Source: Eimeria praecox (taxonomy: Eukaryota). From it: DNA of 64,000 bases. Positions 14,115 to 37,985 of the stretch are shown piece by piece. The translations under genes and the position numbers were made by a program. The stretch spans positions 2,976,001-3,040,000 of the forward strand of contig OY986950.1 in the NCBI GenBank assembly GCA_963920595.1, read 5' to 3'. The notes under the pieces were generated by a model. The model was not told where the DNA came from, searched no databases, and worked only from the letters and a program-made list of their open reading frames with translations. Numbering within the stretch: the first letter of the stretch is position 1; every line of letters starts with the position of its first letter.

Positions 14115-14382
14115 CTGTTGCTGTTGCTGCTGGTGTCTCCTTTCCTGTCTCCTTGATACAGCCTCTCGTTGCAGGTGTCTCTTCTTATTTGTTTGTGTTT
14201 TTGTCTGCTGCTCTTTGTTGTTTAATTGCTGGCTGTCCTTGCTTCTCTACTTCTCTCTCTGTCTCTCTCCCTCTACATCTGAAATATATAGATTATGTAT
14301 ATATTATATATTTATATCTATCTGTGTATCTAGATCTATCTATCTATATATATATATATATCTCTATCTATATATCTATCTA

Positions 14383-14438
<56 letters not shown>

Positions 14439-14526
14439 TACTGTCTCTCAATTTGCAGCTTCATTCTTTTTGTTTGTCTCTCTCTCTGATTGTTTATATG
14501 CATCTATGATATTTAGCTGCTGCTGT

Positions 14527-14571
<45 letters not shown>

Positions 14572-14680
14572 CTCTGCAGCTCTGAAGGCGTTGCTTCCGG
14601 TGTCTCACCAGCCCGGGGGGGCTTTCTATGGGGGGGGGCCCTCGGCAGGCCCCTCTGCCTCTCGCTATGCTCCTTATTAA
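9488..14680 (+). CDS. CELF/Bruno-like RNA-binding protein, RRM-WW-RRM architecture, 8 exons
   Basis: Exons 9488-9544, 9769-9930, 10562-10658, 10888-10962, 12067-12263, 13427-13528, 13854-13950 and 14580-14680; all introns GT-AG and phase-consistent. RRM1: KVFVGRLP...GWAFVTF. WW domain split over exons 4/5: SPWQQYFTHDGHAYYYNTTTG|VTQWERP. Last RRM: GPPGANLFVFHIP...HFGDIVSARI...SRGFGFVSF...AIRGMHGFLVGGKHLKVQLKK, typical of CELF RRM3. Ends SRYAPY*. Confidence 0.88.
10963..12000 (+). repeat. Intronic ~21-nt minisatellite (TCTCTATCTTATTTATCTGTC) in CELF-like intron 4
   Basis: Tandem copies with variants visible; source of the spurious CLSILFI ORFs. Confidence 0.95.
12365..12830 (+). repeat. Intronic 21-nt minisatellite (GAGGAGACAGTTAGATTATAT) in CELF-like intron 5
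   Basis: Tandem copies visible; source of the spurious EETVRLY and MRRQLDY ORFs. Confidence 0.95.
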
Positions 14681-14684
14681 TATA

Positions 14685-14860
14685 ATATTAATATTATATT
14701 AATATTATATTAATATTATATTAATATTATATTAATATTATATTAATATTATATTAATATTATATTAATATTATATTAATATTATATTAATGTTATATTA
14801 ATATTATATTAATATTATATTAATATTATATTAATATTATATTAATATTATATTAATATG
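14685..14860 (+). repeat. 11-nt AT-only tandem repeat (ATTATATTAAT) immediately after the CELF-like stop codon
   Basis: Near-perfect tandem copies visible. Confidence 0.95.
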
Positions 14861-15235
14861 AATATTATACGAATATTAATATTGTATTAGGAATTAGTAT
14901 TAATATTAAGTCCTTTTAAAAGAAAAACAAACTCCTGCTGCTGTTGCTGCTGCTGCTGTTGCTGCTGTTGCTGCTGCTGCTGTTGCTGCTGCAGCAGCAG
15001 CAGCAAATTCTGTTGCATGCATCCTTCAAAATAACCTGCAGCAGCAGCAGCAGCAACAGCATCAACGGCAGCAGCTACAACAACAACAGAAGCAGCAGCA
15101 ACAACAGCAGCAGCAGCAGGAGCTGCTGCTGCTGCTGCTGCGGTGTATGCACCTGTAGGGAGGATTTGTCTGTCTTTTAGAGTTGCGGAGGAAGAGCAAC
15201 TTTAATACATTTAAAGACATATCAACGAGACAGCA

Positions 15236-15293
<58 letters not shown>

Positions 15294-15558
15294 TAATATC
15301 TTAATGAATAAACAAATATATAAATATATAAATATATAAATAAAGAAATTTAGTTAATTGATTATGATTCATTAATAAATGAGGAGGAGACAGAGGAACA
15401 GATAAAGGAGACAGACAGACAGACAAATAGATATATTTAGAGACAGGAGACAGCGAAACAAACAAACAAATAAAATAAATAAATAAATAAACAAACAAAC
15501 AAAGAAACAGAAAAAGAAACGAAGGGGACAGAAGAATAAGGGAGACAGAGGACACAAG

Positions 15559-15600
<42 letters not shown>

Positions 15601-15989
15601 GACAGACGCAGACAGAGACAGAGACAGCGAGAAGGAGAGAGATAGAGACAGAGACAGAGATAGAGACAGACAGCGGGATAGAGGGAGATAGAGACAGAGA
15701 GAGATAGAGACAGACAGAGACAGAGATAGAGAGAGACAGCGGAATAAAGGGAGATAGAGACAGAGACAGAGAGAGATATAGAGACAGACAGAGACAGAGA
15801 AAGACAGAGAAGGTAGAGAGACAGAAAGAGAGAGACAAAGAGAGACACACAAAAATTAAACGAAGGCATTCATCGTATTTTATTTCTCTGTCTCCTCTTC
15901 CTCATCTGAGCTGCCTATACACCTGAACCGCTGCACACGATTTGTCTCAGGTGTATGCGCAGCTGCAACTACCTAACCCTCGCAACGTC

Positions 15990-16505
15990 GCCTAGCTAGC
16001 TAACTAGGCCTCCAGCTAGCTAGCTAGCTAGCTAGCTAGCTAGCTAGCTAGCTAGCTACTTAAAAATATAGCTAGCCTGAAGGCTAACTAGAAGGCTACC
16101 AGCTAGATAGCTAGATAGCTAGCTGAAGGGCTAGCTAGCTAGCTAGCTAGCTGAACACGTAGAAGGCTAGCTAGCTAGATAGGTAAGGGTTTAACTAGCT
16201 AGCTAGCTAGCTAGCTAGCTATGTAGTTCGAGGCCGCCACAGCTTACACGTAGCCTGCTGCAGTTACTAACAGACAGAGCGAGCTAAACCCCTCTCAGCT
16301 AGCTAGCTAGACAGCTAGCTAGACAGCTAGCTAGACAGCTAGCTATACAGCTAGCTATACAGCTAGCTATACAGCTAGCTATACAGCTAGCTATACAGCT
16401 AGCTATACAGCTAGCTATACAGCTAGCTATACAGCTAGCTATACAGCTAGCTATACAGCTAGCTAGGTAGCTAGTTATACAGCTAGCTAGACAGCTAGCT
16501 AGCTG
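15990..16505. repeat. (AGCT)n/(CTAG)n palindromic tetramer tract with a derived 12-mer (CAGCTAGCTATA)n
   Basis: Visible directly; related tracts at 24150-24560 and 46780-47005. Confidence 0.95.
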
Positions 16506-17005
16506 CTGCCAGCTGTTGTAGGAAGCTGTACTAAGAGCAGCGAGCTGTGGGGGCTGTTGAAGCTGCAGGGTGTCTGCTGCAGCAGCAGCTGCTGCTGCTT
16601 CTCTGGCTGCCTCTGTCTCTGCTGCTGCTGCTGCAGCAGAAGCAGCAACTGCTGCAGCAGCAGAAGCAGTTGCTGCAGCAGCAGCTGCCGCCTACTGCAG
16701 CAGCAGATATATTCGCTGCAGCAGCAGAAGCAGTTGCTGCTGCAGCAGCTGCCGGCTGCTGCAGCTCCTGAGCTGCATGCGCTATGGGCTTTGCTGCTGC
16801 AGCAGCCGTTGTTGCTGCTGCTGCTGCGACAACAGCAGCAGCAACAACGGTAGCAGCAGTATCAACAGCCGCAGAAGCAACAAACAATGTCTGCTGCTGC
16901 TGCAGCAGCAGCAACACCAGCAGCAGCAGCAACAGCAGCAACAGCAGCAGCAGCAGGCTCAACGCTTGCCCTTCCTTAAAGAGAAGACCCTATAAAAGCA
17001 CAGCT

Positions 17006-17057
<52 letters not shown>

Positions 17058-17095
17058 GCTGGCTCTACGAAGGCTTGAGGCTCAGCTTAACAGCA

Positions 17096-17681
17096 AAACC
17101 CTAAACCCTAAACCCTAAACCCTAAACCCTAAACCCTCTTCTGTATCTTAAACCCCTCTATAATACAGGAAGGTCATCCTATCAAACCCTAAACCCTAAA
17201 CCCTAAACCCTAAACCCTAAACCCTAAACCCTAAACCCTAAACCCTAATCGCTCATCTTGAAGGCTAGAGAGCCCCAGACAGCCCCGATGATGATCGCCC
17301 CCACATAATCTTATCTTCTTCTCTGTTTAGGGTTTAGGGTTTAGGGTTTAGGGTTTATATTGAATATTTAGGGTTTAGGGTTTACGATTGGCAGCAGGAG
17401 CTGCATGTCTATACAGTTTTTGTAGCTTCAGAGCAAAGCCCCAGGCTGGCTCTGCACGGGGGTTTAGGGTTTAGGGTTTAGGGTTTAGGGTTTAGGGTTT
17501 AGGGTTTAGTGTTGTTTTTTTTATATTAATTTTTATTTAACAAGTAGAAATTTGAGGCTTCTGCTTCAGCTTGTAGTAGTCGGGCAGCAAGCAGCCAGCC
17601 GATGCCCCCAGGGTTTAGGGTTTAGGGTTTAGGGTTTAGGGTTTAGGGTTTAGGGTTTAGGGTTTAGGGTTTAGGGTTTAG
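17096..17681. repeat. Opposed telomere-like arrays upstream of Tim44 (AAACCCT 17096-17248; AGGGTTT blocks 17326-17681)
   Basis: Visible; the last AGGGTTT block ends a few nucleotides before the Tim44 ATG. Confidence 0.96.
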
Positions 17682-17685
17682 GAGG

Positions 17686-17963
17686 ATGTATCGGGGGTTA
17701 CAGGCGGCAGCTCGCCATGCTGCTCGCCTTCGCTTCAAAGACTCATGTCTTCCGCTGCAGCAGCTGCAGCAGCAGCAGCAGCTGCAGCAGCCCTTGCTGC
17801 AGCAGTCTCTGCTGCTGCTGCTGCAGCAGCAGCAGCAGCAGCTACTGACTCCCCCTTCATCTGCTGCAGCTCTGTGTCGCTACTTCAGCAGCAGCAGCAG
17901 CAGCAGCAGCAGCAAGCAGCATCAGGATCAGCATCACACGGGTCGTCGTGGGCACACGCATAA

Positions 17964-18004
<41 letters not shown>

Positions 18005-18512
18005 GCAGCAGGAACAGCAGCAGCAGCAGCAGCAGCAGCAGTTTCATTCGTATGGTGCTAGATCAAGTTCAAGCAGATATACAAAAAAACCCCGAGCTGC
18101 AGCGAGCTGTAGAAGAGCTGAAAGCCTCTGCGCTGTCTAGACAGACACAATCTATGAGGGGTAGGATAGAAGAAGCTGCTGCTGCTGCTGCTGCAGCAGC
18201 AGCAGCAGCAGCAAACACCACACAAGAACGTACTGGAAGGCTGCTGCAGCAGCTACGACGAGTACAGCAGCAGATTAAATTGCAGCAGCAGCAAATTAAA
18301 GAAACAGCTAGCAAGAATGAAGTGTGTAGGAGAATAGGAAGACATAGCAGTCAAGTGTATGGTGGTGCTGCTGCTGCTGCTGGTGCTGCTGCTGCTGCGC
18401 TGCAGCAGCTAGCAGCAAAGGCAGCAAATGTATTCAACGAAGAACCTGTTGCTATGCGAAAGGCAGCACAGTGGAGACAGCGTATGGCTGTTAAGAGATA
18501 CAAACAGCAGCA

Positions 18513-18544
<32 letters not shown>

Positions 18545-18721
18545 AGCAGCAGCAGCAGGAAGGGCAGCAGCAACAGCAGCAGCAGCAGCAACAGCAGCAG
18601 CAATTTGATGATGTAGAAGAAGAGAGAAAGGAGACAGCTTTAACTGTCTCCACAGAGACAGCCTGGGATCGATTCGGATCTCGACTCCGTGATATGCCCT
18701 TCCTACAAAACTTCTTCGGTA

Positions 18722-18791
<70 letters not shown>

Positions 18792-18927
18792 GGAGATGCA
18801 TGCAAAGCTACAAGACTGTGCAGCGATAGCAGAGCACCAGCACTTGCAGAAGCAATAGCAGCAGCAGCAGCAGCAGGAGTAGCAGCAGCAGCAGCAGCAC
18901 CCACAGCAGCAGCAGCAGCACCCACAG

Positions 18928-18968
<41 letters not shown>

Positions 18969-19449
18969 GCAGCAGGAGGGGTATTTGGTGGGGTTGTTGT
19001 GTTTCAGAGAACCCTCTTGTGGGGCATCTGTTTAAGGAGACAGAAATAGCGGCATCAATTAGAGAGATGAAGACATTAGATCCATCTTTCAGGTGTATCT
19101 TCACCTCCACTGTCTGTCTCCTTTCTGCTGTCTGTCTCCTTTTTTATTTATATTATATCTTTTCTTCTATCTTAAACTGTCTCTTTTTGTTATTGCTGAT
19201 GCTCTCTCCAGTGTTGCTGGTCCTGCTGCTGTTGCTGCTGTTGCTGCTGTTGCTGCTGCTGTATTCTCTCGTTCTTGCTGCTGCTTCTGCTGCTGCTTCT
19301 GATGCTACTGCTGCTGCTTCTGCTGGTGCTGCTGCTGCTGCTTCATCATCATCATCTGCTGCTGCTACATCTGCTGCTGCTGCTGCTGTTTCAGCTGCTG
19401 CTGCTGTTAATCCAAGTGCCGCAGCTAGATATCCACAAGGCCCTCATTC

Positions 19450-19512
<63 letters not shown>

Positions 19513-20473
19513 GCTGTCAGAGCTTCACGACCTAATTCAGAATGTTGTTGCTGAGCACATCATCAGCGCGTATCTAATTGGAGATGAGGAGACACTGCGA
19601 TTGGTGAGGGAGACAGTTGCTGCTGTCTCTTGTCTGTCTCCTTTATTTATTTATTTATTTATATTTATATATTTATATATTTATATATTTATATATTTAT
19701 ATATTTATATATTTATATATTTATATATTTATATATTTATATATTTATATATTTATATATTTTTATATTTATATGTTTATGTATGTTTATTTGTATATTA
19801 TATTCATGCATTTATATATTTATTTTTATTTATGTTTATATATTTATATTTATTTATATTTATTTATATATATACTCCCTCCTGTCTCCTTCGTTGTCTT
19901 CTTCTTTCTCTTCTGTCTCCCCTGTCTGTTTTTTATCTGTCTCCTTTTAGCTGTCTCCTCTTAACTGTCTCCTTTCAACTGTCTCCCCTTTACTGCCTCC
20001 TCTTAACTGTCTCCCTTCTGCTGTCTCCCTTCTACTGTCTCCTTTCTACTGTCTCCTCTCAGCTGTCTCATTTCAACTGTCTCCTTTCTACTGTCTCCTT
20101 TTCTCTGTCTCCTCTCAACTGTCTCCTTTCTACTGTCTCCTTTCTACTGTCTCCTTTCTACTGTCTCCTTTCTACTGTCTCCTCTTATCTGTCTCCCTTC
20201 TACTGTCTCCTTTCTACTGTCTCCTTTCTGCTGTCTCCTTTCTACTGTCTCCTTTCTACTGTCTCCTTTCTACTGTCTCCTTTCTACTGTCTCCTCTTAA
20301 CTGTCTCCTCTTAACTGTCTCCTCTTAACTGTCTCCTGTTGACTGTCTCCTCTTCTCTGTCTCTTCTCTTGTAAGATTATTTTTTATTTTCTGTTTTCTT
20401 TCTTGCTGCTGCTTCTGCTGCTGCTTCTGCTGCTGCTACCCCTCTCCTGCTGCTGCTGCTGTTGCTGCTGCTC

Positions 20474-20510
<37 letters not shown>

Positions 20511-20644
20511 AGCACTGCGGCGAAGGAGCGTTTGCAGCACTGAAGGCATCTATAGACGAACGCCGCAGATTAAATTTATTGTTAGATCCTTCGATTCTTT
20601 TCATTGGACAAGTTGAACTTGTCGGTAAATTTAAAAATATATAA

Positions 20645-20675
<31 letters not shown>

Positions 20676-21018
20676 CTTGCTGCTGCTGGTGTTGGGGATG
20701 CTGCTGCTGTTGGGGATGCTGCTGCTGTTGGGGATGCTGCTGCTGCTGTTCTTGCTGCTGTTGCTACTGCTGTTGGGGATGCTGCTGCTGGGGATGCTGC
20801 TGTTCTTGCTGCTGGGGATGCTGTTGCTGCTGCTGCTGCTGCTGGGGATGCTGTTTCTGCTGCTGCTGCTGCTGTTTCTGCTGCTGCTGCTTCTCGTGTT
20901 GACGCTGCTGGTGATGGTGCTGCTTCTGGTGATCTGCTGCTGCTGTTGCTGGCGTTGCTGCTGCTGTTGTTGCTGCTACTGCTGTCAATCCAAATTTTTT
21001 GCCTCTTTTGCTGCTGCT

Positions 21019-21094
<76 letters not shown>

Positions 21095-21304
21095 CAGGCG
21101 CGCGTCGCAGCAGTTTAGACACCGACAGCAGCCCGTGGTTTGTGTATACGATAGATATACAGCAGATAAATTGTTTAAGAGCAGCAGCAACAGGAAAAGT
21201 TGTACAGGGAGCAGCAGATGATATTAGGAGAGTTGTTTACTCATTTGCGGTGTCTAGACACCCCAAGGCGGAGACACCTGGGCTTATATACCCTTGGATG
21301 GTTA

Positions 21305-21363
<59 letters not shown>

Positions 21364-22325
21364 CTGTCTCCTTTGCTGCTGCTGTGTCCTGTATCCTTTG
21401 TCGTTAAGTGTCTCCTTTACTGCTGCTGTCTCCTCTCTACTGTGTACTGTCTCCTCTACTGTCTGCTGTCTCTTGTCTCTTCTCTACTCTCTGCTGTCTC
21501 TTCCTATTAACTGTCTCCTCCTCTTCTGTCTCCTCCTCTTCTGTCTCCTGTGTCTTCTTAGGTTTTATTTGTTTGTTTGTTTTTATTTGTTTTGTTTTCT
21601 CTCACTTCTTCTGTTTATCTATCCTTGACTGTCTCCTTCTGTCTGTCTCCTTCTGTCTGTCTCCTTCTGTCTGTCTCCTCCTGTCTGTCTCCTTCTGTCT
21701 GTCTCCTTCTGTCTGTCTCCTTCTGTCTGTCTCCTTCTGTCTGTCTTGTGTACTTTGTTTGCGGCTGTGTGTTTGTCTCTTTCTTTATCTTTCTCTCTTC
21801 TCTCCTTAGCTGTCTTAATATACTCCTCGATGTCTCTCTTCCTGTATTATCTGTCTCCTTTTAATATTTATCTGTCTCCTTTCAATATTTATCTCTCCTT
21901 TTAATATTTATCTTTCTCCTTCTACTATCTAACTGTCTCCTTTCAATATTTATCTGTCTCCTTCTACTATTTATCTGTCTCCTCCTAATATTTATCTGTC
22001 TCCTTTTAATATTTATTTGTCTCCTACTGTTTAACTGCCTCCTTTTAATATTTATCTGTCTCCTTTCAATATTTATCTGTCTCCTCTTAATATTTATTTG
22101 TCTCCTTTCAATATTTGTCTGTCTCCTTTTAATATTTATCTGTCTCCTTTCAATATTTATCTGTCTCCTCCTAATATTTATCCGTCTCCTCTTAATGTCT
22201 ATCTGTCTCCTCCTAATATTTATCTGTCTCCTTCTACTGTTTATCTGTCTCCTTTTAATATTTATCTGTCTCCTTTGCTGCAGATTAAAGAGATAGCGAT
22301 TGTGGGGAATGAACCTGTTTGGTAG
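17686..22325 (+). CDS. TIM44: Mitochondrial import inner membrane translocase subunit Tim44, 6 exons
   Basis: Exons 17686-18718, 19008-19092, 19513-19603, 20513-20624, 21098-21300 and 22284-22325, phase-consistent. Arg-rich presequence-like N-terminus ([18 protein letters not shown]), then [90 protein letters not shown] and PWMIKEIA. These are Tim44 family motifs. Confidence 0.92.
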
Positions 22326-23214
22326 ACCCTAAACCCTAAACCCTAAACCCTAAACCCTAGATGCGTAAGACGCCCCCATTAGCAGCAGCAGCAGCTGTTG
22401 CTGCTGCTGCTGCAGTAGCAACTGCAGCAGCAGCAGCTGCAGCAGCAGCAACTGCAGCAGCAGCGACTCTTGTATGTACTGTCTGTTGCTGAGTCAGCAA
22501 GAGACAGTTTTTCTTTCTTATATATATAATATATATAATATATATAATATTAATATTATATATATTATATATATATTTATTATATTTATTATATATATAT
22601 TATTTATATGTGATATTTATATATTATATTTATATTATATATATTTCTATATTACATTTATTATTATTTGTTTGTGTGTCTCTCCACACAAATTTAAACT
22701 TTGCATGCATGCATGCATGCATGCATGCGTGGGGCTGGCAATATAAATCTATGACTCCTAACGCAAGCATGTGTCTCCTTTTTGTTTTAAACATAAATAA
22801 TATATATAATACATTTACCTATATTTATTTATATTTATTTATTTATATTTATTTATATTTATACTTATTTATATCTATTTATATTTATAGAGATGTAGAA
22901 GACAGAGAATAGATAGAAAGAAAATAAGAGAAAGGAGACAGCGAAAGATAAGACAACAGAAAGGAGACACTTGCATGCGCGTATACAGCAGCAGCAGTCT
23001 CTTCAACTTGTTTGGGTGTATGTACACCTGAAAAGAGACACAGCAGGCCAATGTCTACCTGCTGCTATTGCTGCTGCTATTACTGCTGCTATTGCTGCTG
23101 CTGTTGCTGTTGCTGCTGCTGCGCATGCAAAGCTGCAGCAGCAGCAGCTGTGTATGCAGCGATGTGTGGGGCGGTGGTGTGTCTGCTACGACCGAAGCAG
23201 CCCAGTGTCTCCCA

Positions 23215-23280
<66 letters not shown>

Positions 23281-23426
23281 CTTTCTTGAGCATCCCAGCA
23301 GCAGCAGGAACTGCTGCTGCTGCTGCTGCTGCTGCTGCAGTAGGATGAGCCGCAGAGTCCTAGAACATCAGATCAATATCATATATAATTTTATTTGTAG
23401 TTTTATGTTTTTGTTTGTGTAGAATA

Positions 23427-23477
23427 CATGCATGCATGCATGCATGCATGCATGCATGCATGCATGCATGCATGCAT
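23427..23477. repeat. (TGCA)n tract, i.e. tandem TGCATGCA octamers, between the convergent Tim44 and importin genes
   Basis: CATGCATGCATG... visible; shorter runs at 22702-22728 and 43938-43959. TGCATGCA is an established apicomplexan ApiAP2-bound motif and a known Eimeria repeat. Confidence 0.95.
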
Positions 23478-23668
23478 AGGGGCGAAGAAAGCCCCAAAAC
23501 CCTTTAAAGAAAAATGAGCACGCCAAACCCTAAACCCTAAACCCTAAACCCTAAACCCTACCAGCTCGGTTCTTCTTCTCGACACCAATCTTATCAAGGT
23601 GTCTGTTATACGACACACTCAACCCTCCCTCCCCCCCCCCGTAAACCCTAAACCCTAAACCCTAAACC

Positions 23669-34609
<10,941 letters not shown>

Positions 34610-34764
34610 GGTTGTCGAGAAAACCCTAAACCCTAAACCCTAAACCCTAAACCCTAAACCCTAAACCCTAAACCCTAGACCTCGCTATAGGAACCCCGTC
34701 CTCGGGTCTTTGGTTGTTTACATTAAACTACTAGTAAATAAAAAACTGTATTAAGAGAGAAGAT

Positions 34765-34828
<64 letters not shown>

Positions 34829-35399
34829 TGGGGCCACGGGGGTCGATCCGTTGCGGGTGGTGGCTTTCTGAGGTGTATAGGCAGCAGATTAAGTAGATAA
34901 TAAATAAACAAATTAATATATAATTATTTATTTTATTAATTAATTAATTTTAATAATAAACAAAAACAAAAAACAAATACATACAAAACCGATGAACACA
35001 GAAGCGGGGCGCGGCCCCACACCCCTCTGAGGGTTTAGGGTTTAGGGTTTAGGGTTTAGGGTTTAGGGTTTAGGGTTTAGGGTTTAGATGATGGCTTGCT
35101 GATGCAGGCGAAGAGATATACACATATAGCAGCTAACAGAAGACTACTCATACAGCCCGGGGCCCCTCAGACCCTAAACCCTAAACCCTAAACCCTAAAC
35201 CCTAAACCCTAAACCCTAAACCCTACTAAACCCTAAACCCTTAAGCGTAAATCATAGGAGACAAAAGGCTCTACAGCCCTCAGGCCATCAACAGGAGAGG
35301 CCGAGACTAAGAGAGAGAGGGCAAAGTAGGGTTTAGGGTTTAGGGTTTAGGGTTTAGGGTTTAAGATACAGAGCGAGGGTTGTGTCTTCCTTCTTGTGT

Positions 35400-36885
35400 T
35401 TCTGTCTGTCTCCTTTTCTAATATTTGTCTGTCTCCTTTATTTATTATTGTCTGTCTCTTCCTTCTCTCTCTACATATCTCTTCTTATCTCTCCTCTGTC
35501 TCCTTTATATATATTTGTGTGTTCGTGTCTTTCTCTCTCTCTTCTTCTTTCTTACTGTCTGTCTCCTTTATTTATTATTGTCTGTCTCCTTTTCTACTAT
35601 CTGTCTGTCTCCTCTACTTATTATTGCCTGTCTCCTTTATTTATTATTGTCTGTCTCCTTTTCTACTATCTGTCTGTCTCCTTTATTTATTATTGTCTGT
35701 CTCCTTTTCTACTATCTGTCTGTCTCCTCTACTTATTATTGCCTGTCTCCTTTATTTATTATTGTCTGTCTCCTTTTCTAATATCTGTCTGTCTCCTCTA
35801 TTTATTATTGTCTGTCTCCTTTTCTAATATCTGTCTGTCTCCTCTATTTATTATTGTCTGTCTCCTTTTCTAATATCTGTCTGTCTCCTCTATTTATTAT
35901 TGTCTGTCTCCTTTTCTAATATCTGTCTGTCTCCTTTATTTATTATTGCCTGTCTCCTTTTCTACTATCTGTCTGTCTCCTTTATTTATTATTGTCTGTC
36001 TCCTTTTCTAATATCTGTCTGTCTCCTTTATTTATTATTGTCTGTCTCCTAATATCTGTCTGTCTCCTTTATTTATTATTGTCTGTCTCCTAATATCTGT
36101 CTGTCTCCTTTATTTATTATTGTCTGTCTCCTTCTCTAATATCCTAATGTATGCGAGTCCTATTTATTTTCTATTGTCTCTTATCTTCTCTCTCTTCTCT
36201 CTCTTCTCTCTCTGTCTCCTTCTGTCTCCTCCTGTCTCCCTCTGTCTCCTTCTGTCTCCTTCTGTCTCCTTCTGTCTCCCTCTGTCTCCCTCTGTCTCCT
36301 TCTGTCTCCTTCTGTCTCCTCTACGTCTGTCACCCCCTCGTTGTTGCTGGGGTTAATATTTGCTGTTATAGACAGAGAGAGACAGAGAGTGTCTCCTCGT
36401 CTTCGCATGCAACAGCTGTCTCCGTCAATCGATATCAAACCCATCACCTCTCTCTTCTACTGTCTCCTTTCTACTGTCTCCTTCCTACTGTCTCCTTTCT
36501 ACTGTCTCCTTCCTACTGTCTCCCTCCTACTGTCTCCTTTCTACTGTCTCCTTTCTGCTGTCTCCTTTCTACTGTCTCCTTTCTACTGTCTCCTTTCTAC
36601 TGTCTCCTTTCTACTGTCTCCTATCTGTCTCTTGTCTCCTTTCTACTGTCTCCTCTCTACTGCCTCCTTTCTACTGTCTGTCTCCTTTCTACTGTCTCCT
36701 TTCTACTGTCTCCTTTCTACTGTCTCCTTTGTACTGCCTCCTGTCTCCTTTCTACTGTCTCCTGTCTCCCCCCTACTGTCTCCTTTCTACTGTCTGCTGT
36801 CTCCTTTCTACTGTCTGCTGTCTCCTTTCTACTGTCTCCTGTCTCCTTTCTAGTGTCTCCTGTCTCCTTTCTAGTGTCTCCTCCC
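35400..36885 (+). repeat. Intergenic CTGTCTCC-core minisatellites (alternating ~23-mers, then a 14-mer CTACTGTCTCCTTT)
   Basis: Tandem units visible. Confidence 0.93.
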
Positions 36886-36965
36886 CTAGAGAGCAGAGGC
36901 TGCACCAGTGCAGAGCAGCAGCTTCATTACTTTTACTATTTACGTATTTATTTATTAATTGACAT

Positions 36966-36997
<32 letters not shown>

Positions 36998-37018
36998 GTT
37001 ATTTAGTTATTTAGTTAT

Positions 37019-37061
<43 letters not shown>

Positions 37062-37196
37062 TAATTATTATTATTAATATTATATATACATATTATATAT
37101 ATATATATATATATATACATATATATATACATATATATATTTGTATACATATCCAAAGAATAGACAGAGATATTCTGTCTACGCAGATCTCCACTA

Positions 37197-37262
<66 letters not shown>

Positions 37263-37345
37263 CCCCGGGGTTTGGCTATTTAGCTGCAGCAGCAGCAGCT
37301 GCAGCAGCAGCGAACAACCCTATATATACACAGACAGCCACCACT

Positions 37346-37355
37346 TTAATCTTGC

Positions 37356-37401
<46 letters not shown>

Positions 37402-37748
37402 TCTCTGTCATTCTCCTTGCTGCTGCTAGCTGCAGCCGCCGCTGCAGCTCCGCCTTCTTTCTTTCTTTTCGTAGTTTAATTTTAAATTGATGTCTCTCAT
37501 CGTGTACTCTTCACAGACACAGCAGCAGCAACAACAGCAGCAGCTGCTGCTGCAGCACTAGACAAGCAACAAGCACCAACAGCAGCAAGAGCAGCACCAA
37601 CAGCAGCAGCAACAACAGCAGCACCAACCACCAACAGAGAGAGCCAACAGCAGCAGTAGTAGCAGCAGCACGAGTAGTAGAAACAGCTACACCGACAGTA
37701 GCAGCAGCAGCATCAGTTCACTAGCAACAGCAGCAGCAACAGCAGCAC

Positions 37749-37781
<33 letters not shown>

Positions 37782-37905
37782 GAGCAGCAGCAGCAGCAGC
37801 AGTGCGTCTCACTTGTAATAGTCTTTAGTGCGAGACCATGTCTGCAGTTCCTCAGGGAGAGGATCCTTGTGCATCCACCTCTTTATCTGCTTCTTCGTCT
37901 CGCTG

Positions 37906-37985
<80 letters not shown>

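Noticed and set aside
16531..17104. Candidate small gene and a TATAAAA box at ~16991
   Set aside because: Almost entirely CAG-derived, with no splice or domain support; canonical TATA boxes are not established in apicomplexan promoters.
17280..17330. ATGATGA C-box-like motif (snoRNA?); similar GATGA...CTGA at 34990-35030
   Set aside because: The first has no correctly placed D box or terminal stem; the second is too short and has a non-consensus C box.
17096..17681. Opposed telomeric arrays read as a real chromosome end, fusion site or minichromosome
   Set aside because: Such short arrays occur all through the window, inside intact genes; they are interstitial repeats.
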